The notes under the pieces: generated by a model
Databases searched by the model: none
Seen by the model: only the letters and a program-made list of their open reading frames with translations
What the model was told of the DNA's origin: nothing
NCBI GenBank assembly: GCA_040260805.1
Contig: JBDQPD010000016.1
Span: 1-43,553, forward strand
DNA from: Myxococcota bacterium
Lineage (GTDB): Bacteria > Myxococcota > UBA4151
DNA length: 43,553 nt
Direction of reading: 5' to 3'
Position numbers and translations under genes: made by a program
In this document: piece after piece, positions 10,977-19,520 of the stretch
Position numbering within the stretch: position 1 is the stretch's first letter
Layout of the letters: each line of letters starts with the position of its first letter

Positions 10977-13900
10977 CTACAGACGAGACCAGTGAATCAC
11001 GACATCTCTAAAGAACGGGCGTGCGTCGCGTCCGTTGGAGAGCAGTCCAACCTGCACATCGAGGTAGCGACCCATGGGGACAGCGATCGGTGCGGGGTTG
11101 AGCTCGGTCCACGGGCCGTAGTCCGCGGCGTCGATCTCAGCAGGAGTCGTGCCGCTTCGAAAGCGTAATCGAATCGTGGTTTCAGCGGGCATATCGCCCG
11201 TCCAGTCCGCATGGTGGAAGATCGCATCAGCGGCTTCACGTCCTGTGTCAAAGCGTCGCCGCCAGGTGCCGTTTCGAACGGTAAACGTGCGCAGCGCTTG
11301 GCCGGTCATATCGGAGTAGGTGTAGGGGCCTGAGCCGACCGGATGGTGGCTGACCACCTGTCCGTTTTGACGAAGCTTGGACGCAGTTCGGGAGCTGTAG
11401 TTCACACCCCAGATGAAGCCCTGATCATCGAGCGCAACGCCGATCACGCCGCTTTGACCCACGCTGTATTGACCGAGCACGGCGCCCGTTTGGCTGTTGA
11501 TCTTACCGATACGGTCTGCGCTGTAGAGCCCTACAAAGACCTCGCCAGCTCCCGTGATCGCAATGCCCCGCGGGTACCCAAGCATCGAGATCCGGCGGAA
11601 CGTCTGCGTTCCGGGGTCGAACTCAGCTACGGTTCCTGAACTGTATTGCCCCATCCAGACATCGCCCTCTGGATCGACGCCGATGCCATACAAGTTGCCA
11701 CCAGGGACTGCCCAGGTTCCTGTTCGGCTAATGTTTTGCACATCGATTCGCGATAGGGTGTCGTTGCCGCGGTTGGACGACCACAGGTTGTTGCCGTCGA
11801 TGACGGCACCATAGGGCGGGCCGCCCGAGTCGGCTGACCCGATGATTTGCCCGGTATTCCCATTGATCACGTAGTAACGAGATTCGTTCCACATGCCTGC
11901 CCAGACCCGGTTCTCGGCATCGATCGCCACGGCGCGGACGCAGTTGCCCGGAGGGTTGACCACCAACACAATGCACTCGTCAGTCCCTGCAGGCAGCAAC
12001 TCGCCGCCGTCGATTCGGTTGTTGTTGTTGAGGTCTCGGCTGGTGTCGATCTGCCCGTTGTTGTTTCGGTCGATGCAGTCGGCCTCGGCGACCGCAATCT
12101 TGACCACCGTTCCGCCGCTGCGGTTGCCCGCCCAGACGTTGCCATCAAGATCGACAGCCGTTCGGCTCGGATCGCTGCTGCCATTGGGCATGCGATATCG
12201 ACCCAGCTCGGCGCCGGTGCTGGTGTTCAGTTTGGAGACCGTATTTTCAGCTGAGTTTGCCACCCAGATAAAGGGTAGGCTCCACGCGCTTTGTCCCAAG
12301 GTGACGCCACGGCCGGGTTCGACCTCAGTCCCCTCTCGCTCACCCGCGTTCCAGTTGTTCTCACCTTGCCAGGGTTCATCGTAGCAGGGCGCATCGCACA
12401 AGCCACAGGCGTTGACCACGCCCTCATCGACCAAGCCGTCGCAGTCATTATCTTGACCATCACAAACCTCTTCGGGGTCCGGACCGCATTGCCCGCAGGC
12501 GTTCAGGACGAATTCATCGATCACTCCATCGCAGTCGTTGTCCTGACCGTCGCAGACCTCGTCGGGAACGACCCCGCAGCCGCCGCAGGCGTTGAGGACG
12601 CCCTCATCGATTTGTCCGTCGCAATCGTTATCGATCTCGTCGCAGACCTCGACGGGAGCGAGCCCGCATTGTCCGCAGGCGTTCAGGACGCCTTCGTCTG
12701 TTTCACCGTCACAGTCGTTGTCGACGCCGTCGCACACTTCTTGCGCGGGCAGCACTTGACCCATGCATTCATCAAGCCATTGCTCGCCGCATCGCTGCAA
12801 ACCGCCTGAGCACTGGCCGACATTGGCCGTTCCCGGAGCGCCAGCGTAGCAGGCGCGGCAGCCTAAGGGGCTCCCGGGTTGGTCATCACAAGCGATCTGC
12901 GGTTCGCAGGCGCAGCCCTCATCAAGCGCGCCGTTGCAGTTGTTGTCGATGTTGTCGCCGCAGATCTCTACTGGCGCCTCGCCGCATTGACCACAGGCGT
13001 TGGTGACGCCTTCGTCTACCAAGCCATCACAGTCGTTGTCGTTGCCGTCACAGACCTCGTCAGCGGGGACGCACCCATGCCCGGGGCAGCCGTCATTGAT
13101 CTCGCCGTCGCAGTCGTTGTCGATGTCATCGTCGCATCGTTCAGCCTCAGGCACGCAGCCTGGAGGTCCGCAGGTGTCATCTACCAGCCCGTTGCAGTCG
13201 TCATCGATTCCGTTGCCGCAGAGCTCTTGAACCTCGGGGAGCACCTGACCGACGCAAACGCCCCAGGCGTCGTTGACGCAGTCGCGCACACCGCCACGGC
13301 AGATCCCGCGACCCGCCGTGTGACCCGCGCCATCGTAACAAGGCTGTTGCATTCGTCCGTCGCAGCCATTGCCCTGAACCGGCAAGCAGCCTTCGTCGAC
13401 GATGTTGTTGCAGTTGTTGTCGATGCCGTCGCCGCGGTTGTTCGGTCCGCACAGCTCGGCTGGGAGTTCACCGCAGCCGCCGCAAGCGTTCAGTACACCT
13501 TCGTCGATCTCGCCATCACAGTCGTCATCTTGTCCATTGCAGCGCTCGACCGGAGCCTCGCCGCAGACACCGCAAGCGTTCAAGACGCCCTCATCGACCT
13601 GCCCGTCGCAGTTGTCGTCGCGGCCATTGCAGATCTCATTACCCGGCAAGACGGCGCCTTGGCACTCGCTCCAAATACCTGCTTCACAGGTTTTAAAGCC
13701 CGCCGTGCAGGCGCCGTTGGCGAGCGTAGCGCGCGGCGCATCGTAACAGCTCTCCACGCTGCCGCTTTCACAAGGGCAGCCTTCATCGATCAAGCCATCG
13801 CAATTGTTGTCGATCCCATCGCAAAAGGGGAGATCGTTGGGGTTGCAGTTGGGGTCGTTGTCGGGGTCACAAAAGGGTCGGTTCTCAACGATCCCAGGGT

Positions 13901-14180
13901 GACTCCATGGGTTGGCGTCGTCGCAATCTGCGCCCAGGCAATCGGCGCCGAGTCCGTAGCCGTCGCTGTCTTCATCTTCGCAGCCTGGGGGCGGGGGACC
14001 TGTGTCTGGGCGGACGACGCCATGACCAGCATCTTGAGCGCCCACGCCACCGTCTTGGGACGCACCACCGTTTCCGGCTCCCCCTCCATCACTTCCAACT
14101 CCAGGTGCGATACCAGGAGCTTCCGACTGCGGACTACAGGCTGCGGCGATGATCAGAATAAGGGGCAGGGCGCGTGTCAT
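10977..14180 (-). CDS. Large surface lipoprotein: MopE-like CxGxDNxCDG metal-binding repeats plus C-terminal beta-propeller
   Basis: Lipobox IAAAC. About 12 C.G.D[ND].C[DN]G..DEG repeats and 7 V.NACG.C linkers. Propeller blades (AVDLDGNVWAG, AIDAENRVWAG, GVDPEGDVWMG) end in PYTYSDMTG. Confidence 0.85.
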   Translation of the reverse strand: MTRALPLILIIAAACSPQSEAPGIAPGVGSDGGGAGNGGASQDGGVGAQDAGHGVVRPDTGPPPPGCEDEDSDGYGLGADCLGADCDDANPWSHPGIVENRPFCDPDNDPNCNPNDLPFCDGIDNNCDGLIDEGCPCESGSVESCYDAPRATLANGACTAGFKTCEAGIWSECQGAVLPGNEICNGRDDNCDGQVDEGVLNACGVCGEAPVERCNGQDDDCDGEIDEGVLNACGGCGELPAELCGPNNRGDGIDNNCNNIVDEGCLPVQGNGCDGRMQQPCYDGAGHTAGRGICRGGVRDCVNDAWGVCVGQVLPEVQELCGNGIDDDCNGLVDDTCGPPGCVPEAERCDDDIDNDCDGEINDGCPGHGCVPADEVCDGNDNDCDGLVDEGVTNACGQCGEAPVEICGDNIDNNCNGALDEGCACEPQIACDDQPGSPLGCRACYAGAPGTANVGQCSGGLQRCGEQWLDECMGQVLPAQEVCDGVDNDCDGETDEGVLNACGQCGLAPVEVCDEIDNDCDGQIDEGVLNACGGCGVVPDEVCDGQDNDCDGVIDEFVLNACGQCGPDPEEVCDGQDNDCDGLVDEGVVNACGLCDAPCYDEPWQGENNWNAGEREGTEVEPGRGVTLGQSAWSLPFIWVANSAENTVSKLNTSTGAELGRYRMPNGSSDPSRTAVDLDGNVWAGNRSGGTVVKIAVAEADCIDRNNNGQIDTSRDLNNNNRIDGGELLPAGTDECIVLVVNPPGNCVRAVAIDAENRVWAGMWNESRYYVINGNTGQIIGSADSGGPPYGAVIDGNNLWSSNRGNDTLSRIDVQNISRTGTWAVPGGNLYGIGVDPEGDVWMGQYSSGTVAEFDPGTQTFRRISMLGYPRGIAITGAGEVFVGLYSADRIGKINSQTGAVLGQYSVGQSGVIGVALDDQGFIWGVNYSSRTASKLRQNGQVVSHHPVGSGPYTYSDMTGQALRTFTVRNGTWRRRFDTGREAADAIFHHADWTGDMPAETTIRLRFRSGTTPAEIDAADYGPWTELNPAPIAVPMGRYLDVQVGLLSNGRDARPFFRDVVIHWSRL
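12391..12750 (-). repeat. Four tandem ~90-bp coding repeats (30-aa unit)
   Basis: GTT(C/G)A(G/C)(G/C)ACG recurs at 12411, 12501, 12591 and 12681 (period 90). Unit is VCDGxDNDCDGxxDEGVLNACGxCGxxPxE. Confidence 0.85.
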
Positions 14181-14184
14181 GAGT

Positions 14185-14613
14185 TCACTTTACTTTCAGG
14201 GCAATTTCTCGGCTGGCTGAGAAGCGTTTGCAGACGTCAGCGGTGCACAGGAAATAGGTTGCGCTTGCTTTGACCGTGTCGGCTCCGGCAGCTGCGCCTT
14301 CGAGCGTGGTCGTGAGCACAATACCCTTACCTTGAGCCTTGCCGTCTTTGAGTCCGAGCTTGCGCTTGGTGATGGCGACTTTGCCTGCGTTGGACAGTTT
14401 GACCGAAAGCGGGGCCTCCATACTCACCTTCCAACCCTTCTCTGGCTTGATCGTAAAACTGATCTGAGCCGATTCTTTGACCTTCAAGTTATCGGGTGCC
14501 TTGAGCGTGAGTTCCGCTTTTTCTTTCGGATCGATCTTAACCTCGTCTTTGGCGGCATGAGCTACCGAGGCGTTGAGGCCGAATAAAGTCAGGCAAAGGA
14601 TTAGCGATTTCAT
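14185..14613 (-). CDS. Small exported Ig-like protein (DsbD-N-like)
   Basis: Likely start ATG at 14613 after GGAG. Signal peptide ends in AHA. Beta-rich, with GWKVSMEAP and C-terminal YFLCTADVC (CxxxxC), reminiscent of DsbD N-terminal domains. Confidence 0.6.
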   Translation of the reverse strand: MKSLILCLTLFGLNASVAHAAKDEVKIDPKEKAELTLKAPDNLKVKESAQISFTIKPEKGWKVSMEAPLSVKLSNAGKVAITKRKLGLKDGKAQGKGIVLTTTLEGAAAGADTVKASATYFLCTADVCKRFSASREIALKVK

Positions 14614-14633
14614 ATGTTCACTCCGTGAGGGAC

Positions 14634-16061
14634 TCACCAGCCCCAGACCATGTGGTTGAAAAGATACCCTATCACGAGCAGCAAGCAAAGGAGTCCAAGC
14701 AACAGTAAAATTGTACCCAAGGTTTGGAACTCGTTACCAGCTAGCGCTGCGGCCTCTTCCATTTCGAGCTCTAAAGCCTTGCGACTTTCCCTTCGACTGA
14801 TGTGGAGGGCTAAAATATTCAATCCAAGCCACACCATGAAAGCGATCGAGATCCCTTGAAAGCCGAGCGCCGCGTACCCTTGACGGATCCGTCGCTCCTC
14901 TTCGACCTGGGCTTTGCGTAACGCCGTCGTATCGGCTCGTAGCGTGGGCTGTAGGCGTCTTGGATGGATCCTGCTCAGCCGAGCAGCATGCCCATTTAGC
15001 CCCTCAGCTTCGGCGATTTGACCGGGTAGGCCGATGGGGAACCGAGCGTCGCCGACGCGCAGGGTTGTAAACGCCTTTCGCCGGCTGTCAGTCACGAGAT
15101 CGGATGCCCAGACCACAGAGACCCAGCAGGGTTGGTCGGGGACCTCAAACTCAAAGATACCCTGACCATTTTCCATGGCCACCTCCTCCATCCGTTCCCA
15201 TTGAGCCCCGCGATAGATCTGCAAGGTGTAGTTTGGAATGCGACTGTCCGAGCGCAAGTTGATTTGAACTTTCTCACCCGGAGCAACGGATCGTTTAGAG
15301 GGAATGAGCTGCAATTCAGAGGGTGGATTATGGAGCCAAAGGTCATGAGGCTTCCAAAGCCCCGCTGCATCAGCGACTTCGATTCGATAGCGTCCGCGGT
15401 GAAGCGGTTGGCTCATGGTCAGGCGAGCATAGCCCTCGGGGTCAAACATCGTCCCAAGGCCTGAGTCGCCCTCTGCCCGAACGCGCAGGTGTGCACCGCT
15501 CTTACGGCGCACGACCAAGGGAAGCTCGATGTTTCGAACAGCCCAGCCGGTCAGCGGGAAGGCTTCAACGGGGAGGGCTTTGGATCGTTTGGTCTCTTGT
15601 TCGGCGGCATCCGATGGTGAGAACGAGGCGAAGGCTCGCCATGACTCGGACCACCGCACGCCCAACTGGGGCTCATCGACAAGCTTCAAGCGCAGGGTCA
15701 CCGTTTGTTGGAGACTGCCCAGTTCGGCGCGAACGACCAAGCGCGCATCGCCGAGCTCCCAGCGTGGGACCAAGAAACCCAAATCCAGGGTCGAGCCCTC
15801 GACGGTTTTTTCAATCAGCGCTTGCTCTCGTTTGCCTTGGTGCAAGGTGATCCGATAACGAACCCCTTTGCGATGCTTTAGGTCACCTTGTCCGACAATG
15901 ACGGAGCGCAGATGAGCTCGACTTCCTGTGACCAACTGAGGCGAGATCCACACTCGCAAGGCGTCAGAGGATGCAGGGAATGAGACCACAACGCTGACGC
16001 ATTGGCTGAGCAGGAGCAGCGCCAGGAAGGTCCAGAACACCTTCTTTTGTCGGTTATTCAC
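14634..16061 (-). CDS. Membrane protein with macroglobulin (MG)-like Ig domains and two C-terminal TM helices
   Basis: N-terminal TM. LQLIPSKRSVAPGEKVQINL resembles the alpha-2-macroglobulin MG-domain motif. Two hydrophobic C-terminal segments. No CxEQ thioester seen. Confidence 0.55.
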   Translation of the reverse strand: MNNRQKKVFWTFLALLLLSQCVSVVVSFPASSDALRVWISPQLVTGSRAHLRSVIVGQGDLKHRKGVRYRITLHQGKREQALIEKTVEGSTLDLGFLVPRWELGDARLVVRAELGSLQQTVTLRLKLVDEPQLGVRWSESWRAFASFSPSDAAEQETKRSKALPVEAFPLTGWAVRNIELPLVVRRKSGAHLRVRAEGDSGLGTMFDPEGYARLTMSQPLHRGRYRIEVADAAGLWKPHDLWLHNPPSELQLIPSKRSVAPGEKVQINLRSDSRIPNYTLQIYRGAQWERMEEVAMENGQGIFEFEVPDQPCWVSVVWASDLVTDSRRKAFTTLRVGDARFPIGLPGQIAEAEGLNGHAARLSRIHPRRLQPTLRADTTALRKAQVEEERRIRQGYAALGFQGISIAFMVWLGLNILALHISRRESRKALELEMEEAAALAGNEFQTLGTILLLLGLLCLLLVIGYLFNHMVWGW

Positions 16062-17299
16062 GGCTCAAGCCTCGCTCGGATCTCATTGAGTAACGCTTTC
16101 CCATCAGGATGTATTGCGTCCAACGAAGTGGCTTTGAGCGCCAATTTTTCCGCTGCTAAAAGATCGTTTCCAAAATCCGTCTCAAGCACGGCAGCTAAAA
16201 AGGGGACACGAGCATCGAGAGGGGCTTTCAACATGGCTTGGCGGTACAACCTGCGCGCCTTGGCGGTTTGTCCGATGCGGTGTGCCTGAAGCGCGTCGAT
16301 CAGAAGGGTCCGCTGCGCAGGGTGATCGCTCGGCGGGGTTAACTCGATGGCTTCAATCAGCTGTCTGAAGCGACTCTGAGCGCGCGCCGAATCGGATTCG
16401 AGGCAGATGGCGTGATCATAAAGACCTCGTCGAATCCGCTGGCATAAGCTGTTTTTCGTCGCCAACAAGCAGCGCGTTGCCGAGGGGACGCCAAGCGCAG
16501 AACCACATCGCTGGGTCCATGCCTCCATCTGGTGGCGTCGTGACACCACTTGAGTTTCAACGCTGACGCAGGTGGTACCTTGGAGATCGCAGCGCTTAGT
16601 TGGGGTCGCTTGAGTTGCTAGCATCGGGTGCACCTTCAGCAGGAGACCTTGCCGCTTGAGCTGCCACTGTGACGGAGGCTCAGCCGGCAGAGAAAACGAC
16701 CAGAAAAGCGGCAAACATGCGACCACCGCGAGATCGGAAACGCGCTGTCGAACCGACCAAATCCAGGCGGTGATCAATCCCGCAGCCATCCCGCCGACAT
16801 GACTCGCTATGTCGACGTTCGTGAACCGCAGCGAAGCGATCAGGCCGACCAACAAATAGACCACGCTCAGGCGCACCAAACGCGGGTGATCTCGCCAAAA
16901 TAGACAAGCAAAGGTTGAGATCAGACCAAACAAAGCGGGCGAGAAACCTACCGATACGCCGCCTTGAAGCACTGCGCCGGCTGCGTGGCCATAGACCAGA
17001 GATAAGGCGGTGACCGCCAATGCTGCGAGCGAGCCCAGGCGACGCTCTAAAAGCACCAAGAAGGGTAAGCTCGGCACTAGATTCCAGAGCAAATGTACAG
17101 GGTCGGAGTGCAAGAGACCGGCGCTCAAGAGGCGCCAGTTTTGTCCCAAACTAAGAGCCCAGGCGTCTCGCCCTCCCCAAAGCGGGGCGTTCTTGGCGGT
17201 GAGGGGTATTCCCAGATCCGACCAAGCCACACTGGATACACCGACAACAAGCCCAGCAGTCGCCAGACTAGTCCACGGAATGTCCCTCCTCTTGCTCAT
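16058..17299 (-). CDS. Rhomboid-family intramembrane serine protease with C-terminal Cys-containing and TPR-like extension
   Basis: WRLLSAGLLH, HSDPVHLLWN, catalytic GFS and SHVGG. C-terminal TPR-like helices (ARRLYRQAMLKAPLDARV). Confidence 0.88.
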   Translation of the reverse strand: MSKRRDIPWTSLATAGLVVGVSSVAWSDLGIPLTAKNAPLWGGRDAWALSLGQNWRLLSAGLLHSDPVHLLWNLVPSLPFLVLLERRLGSLAALAVTALSLVYGHAAGAVLQGGVSVGFSPALFGLISTFACLFWRDHPRLVRLSVVYLLVGLIASLRFTNVDIASHVGGMAAGLITAWIWSVRQRVSDLAVVACLPLFWSFSLPAEPPSQWQLKRQGLLLKVHPMLATQATPTKRCDLQGTTCVSVETQVVSRRHQMEAWTQRCGSALGVPSATRCLLATKNSLCQRIRRGLYDHAICLESDSARAQSRFRQLIEAIELTPPSDHPAQRTLLIDALQAHRIGQTAKARRLYRQAMLKAPLDARVPFLAAVLETDFGNDLLAAEKLALKATSLDAIHPDGKALLNEIRARLEP

Positions 17300-17405
17300 T
17301 CAGTTATCCTTGCTAGGAAATCGTCGGGTTGGGGCATGGTCAAGCGCTCACATCCAGGCTAGCTTAGCGGCGACTAAACCATCCGTCACAGGCAGTTGAT
17401 TTATC

Positions 17406-19502
17406 ATGCAGAGCATTTGTTCCCTTCGCTTCATCCCTATCTTTAGCCTCGCCCTGTTCTTTGGCTGTGTCGAGGCACCATCGCCGGTATGCCCAACCTG
17501 CGGGCCTGGCGTGACGCTCGATTCCGGCGTTCAGAGCGATGGGGGCGCGACGGAAGATGCGGGTTTGCCTCCTTGTGCTTCTGATAACGATTGCGCGGAT
17601 GGCCAGGTGTGCCGTGACGGTCAATGCCTTGACTGTCTGGATGACCGTGATTGCGAAGCGGGACAAATCTGTGTGGGAACTGCGTGCGTCCAGGGCTGCC
17701 GGAGCAACTTTCCTGCGGGCTGTGAAAATCCCGAGGACTGCCCGGATGCTAACTGCTCTCAAGCTCGCCCCATCTGCACCGAGCGAGGGCCAAACGGCGG
17801 AACCTGTCGTCAATGCTCAACCGACTCGCATTGCGTGGACTACGGCTTTGGCAACACCTGCATCGACAACGAATGCACCTCGACGTGCGGTCCGGACCGA
17901 CCCTGCGAAGAGGGGGTTTGTGACGCCGGTTCAGGGAACTGCGTTGAATGCTTAGAAGACGCTCAGTGTGGCGCGTCAGGGTTGATCTGTGTGGAGCAAA
18001 GCTGCACCCAGGGATGCCGAGATGATGCGGGCTGCGCTCAGGGGCAAATCTGCGCCGGTGACGCCTGTGTTCCGGGGTGCCGAAATGATCAAGGCTGCGG
18101 CGACGGACAGCTCTGCATCGAAGATCAGTGCACCCGTGGTGATTGTCGAAACAACGCCGACTGCGGCCCGGGACAGCGATGCGTTAACAACTTCTGCGGA
18201 TCGCCCTGCGGTAATGATGAGGATTGCGGCGTGGGCTCGATCTGTGAAGCCAACAACTGCCAGCCCGGCTGTCGCGGAGACGATGACGTCGTGACCTGCG
18301 GCGAGGGCGCCTTTTGCCGCGACCGCCAATGCATCCGAGGCTGCCCTGATGATGATGCCTGTCCTGGCGGTCAGATCTGTCTGGAAAACAGCTGCCAAGA
18401 GGGCTGCCGTGAGGATGGACAATGTGAAGACGGTGAGCGTTGCATCGAGAATCAGTGCCTGCGCGGCTGTCGAGACGATACCAACTGCTTTGCGGGTCAA
18501 CGCTGTATCGAAAATGAATGCCGGCAAGCGTGCACTCAAGACGCGAGCTGCGGCGCTGGCAGGATCTGTGAGGCAGGAATTTGCCAGGACGGTTGCAGGT
18601 TAGACTCAGGCTGCGGCTACAATGCCCGCTGCGAGAACAGCCAGTGCGTGTCGGGATGTCGTGACGACAACGCCTGTGACCGCGGCGAGACCTGCTACGA
18701 AAACAACTGCGCACCAGGGTGTTTTGCCAACGGAGCGGGTTGTCCAGCCGGCTATGTCTGCAATCGACAGGCGAGGGCTTGCGTTCAGTGTCTGGGTGAC
18801 GGGGATTGCTCTGGACCGCTGACCTGCGATCAGAACTCCAACACCTGCGTCTTGCGTTGCCAGCGCAGCGCCGACTGCCCGGGTGGCGCGATCTGCAGCG
18901 GTAACCGCTGCGTACCTTGTCGCAACGACGCCCAATGCTCGAATGGTCTGGTGTGTGACACCAACAGCGGCTGCGTCGAATGCACCTCGGACGCTAACTG
19001 CGACCGCGGCGAAGTCTGCGATGACATCCGTAAGCGTTGCACGGCACCTGGTCTGAATGGTGTGTGCCAGCCTGACGCATCGGAGGGCGGCTGCACCACC
19101 AACGGGAACAGAGACTGTCAGGATGACTTGCGCTGCTATCGCGTCAACAACGGACGGGACATCAACACGACCTACTGCCTGCAGCCATGCGCCAACAACT
19201 CGGAGTGCCCGCGTGGGTTTCATTGCCTCGAACAAGGTGCGTGTTTCCCCTTCTCGAGTCGACAGAATCTAACTTGCGAAGCGTACGCAGAGCTCGGCAC
19301 GCGCTGCACCAATTCGGAGCAATGCGGTAACAACGGGGTCCCCGATGACGCCATTTGTTCAGGCTACGGACGCTACAGCAACCCGCCAAGGTGCTCGTGG
19401 TTCTGTCAAAGCGATACCGATTGCCCGTCCAACCATGTCTGTGAGGATCCCCCCGCTGCGAACGGTAATGATCCGCAGCCTCGCTGCACACCTGCTCCTT
19501 AG
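17406..19502 (+). CDS. Cysteine-rich tandem repeat lipoprotein
   Basis: Lipobox LFFGC. More than 20 units of about 20 aa with consensus GCRxDxxCxxGxxCxxxxC across nearly the whole protein. Confidence 0.85.
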   Translation: MQSICSLRFIPIFSLALFFGCVEAPSPVCPTCGPGVTLDSGVQSDGGATEDAGLPPCASDNDCADGQVCRDGQCLDCLDDRDCEAGQICVGTACVQGCRSNFPAGCENPEDCPDANCSQARPICTERGPNGGTCRQCSTDSHCVDYGFGNTCIDNECTSTCGPDRPCEEGVCDAGSGNCVECLEDAQCGASGLICVEQSCTQGCRDDAGCAQGQICAGDACVPGCRNDQGCGDGQLCIEDQCTRGDCRNNADCGPGQRCVNNFCGSPCGNDEDCGVGSICEANNCQPGCRGDDDVVTCGEGAFCRDRQCIRGCPDDDACPGGQICLENSCQEGCREDGQCEDGERCIENQCLRGCRDDTNCFAGQRCIENECRQACTQDASCGAGRICEAGICQDGCRLDSGCGYNARCENSQCVSGCRDDNACDRGETCYENNCAPGCFANGAGCPAGYVCNRQARACVQCLGDGDCSGPLTCDQNSNTCVLRCQRSADCPGGAICSGNRCVPCRNDAQCSNGLVCDTNSGCVECTSDANCDRGEVCDDIRKRCTAPGLNGVCQPDASEGGCTTNGNRDCQDDLRCYRVNNGRDINTTYCLQPCANNSECPRGFHCLEQGACFPFSSRQNLTCEAYAELGTRCTNSEQCGNNGVPDDAICSGYGRYSNPPRCSWFCQSDTDCPSNHVCEDPPAANGNDPQPRCTPAP

Positions 19503-19520
19503 TCGGGTCGGAGTCATGAC

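Noticed and set aside
12391..12750. Regularly spaced DNA repeats as a possible CRISPR or DGR-type array
   Set aside because: They are degenerate in-frame coding repeats with no unique spacers, and no cas or reverse transcriptase gene is present.
12879..14273. 464-aa plus-strand ORF rich in V/A
   Set aside because: Antisense mirror of the Asp/Asn/Cys repeats of the lipoprotein gene.
14634..16061. Bona fide alpha-2-macroglobulin
   Set aside because: Far too short and lacks the CxEQ thioester. Only an MG-like motif is visible.
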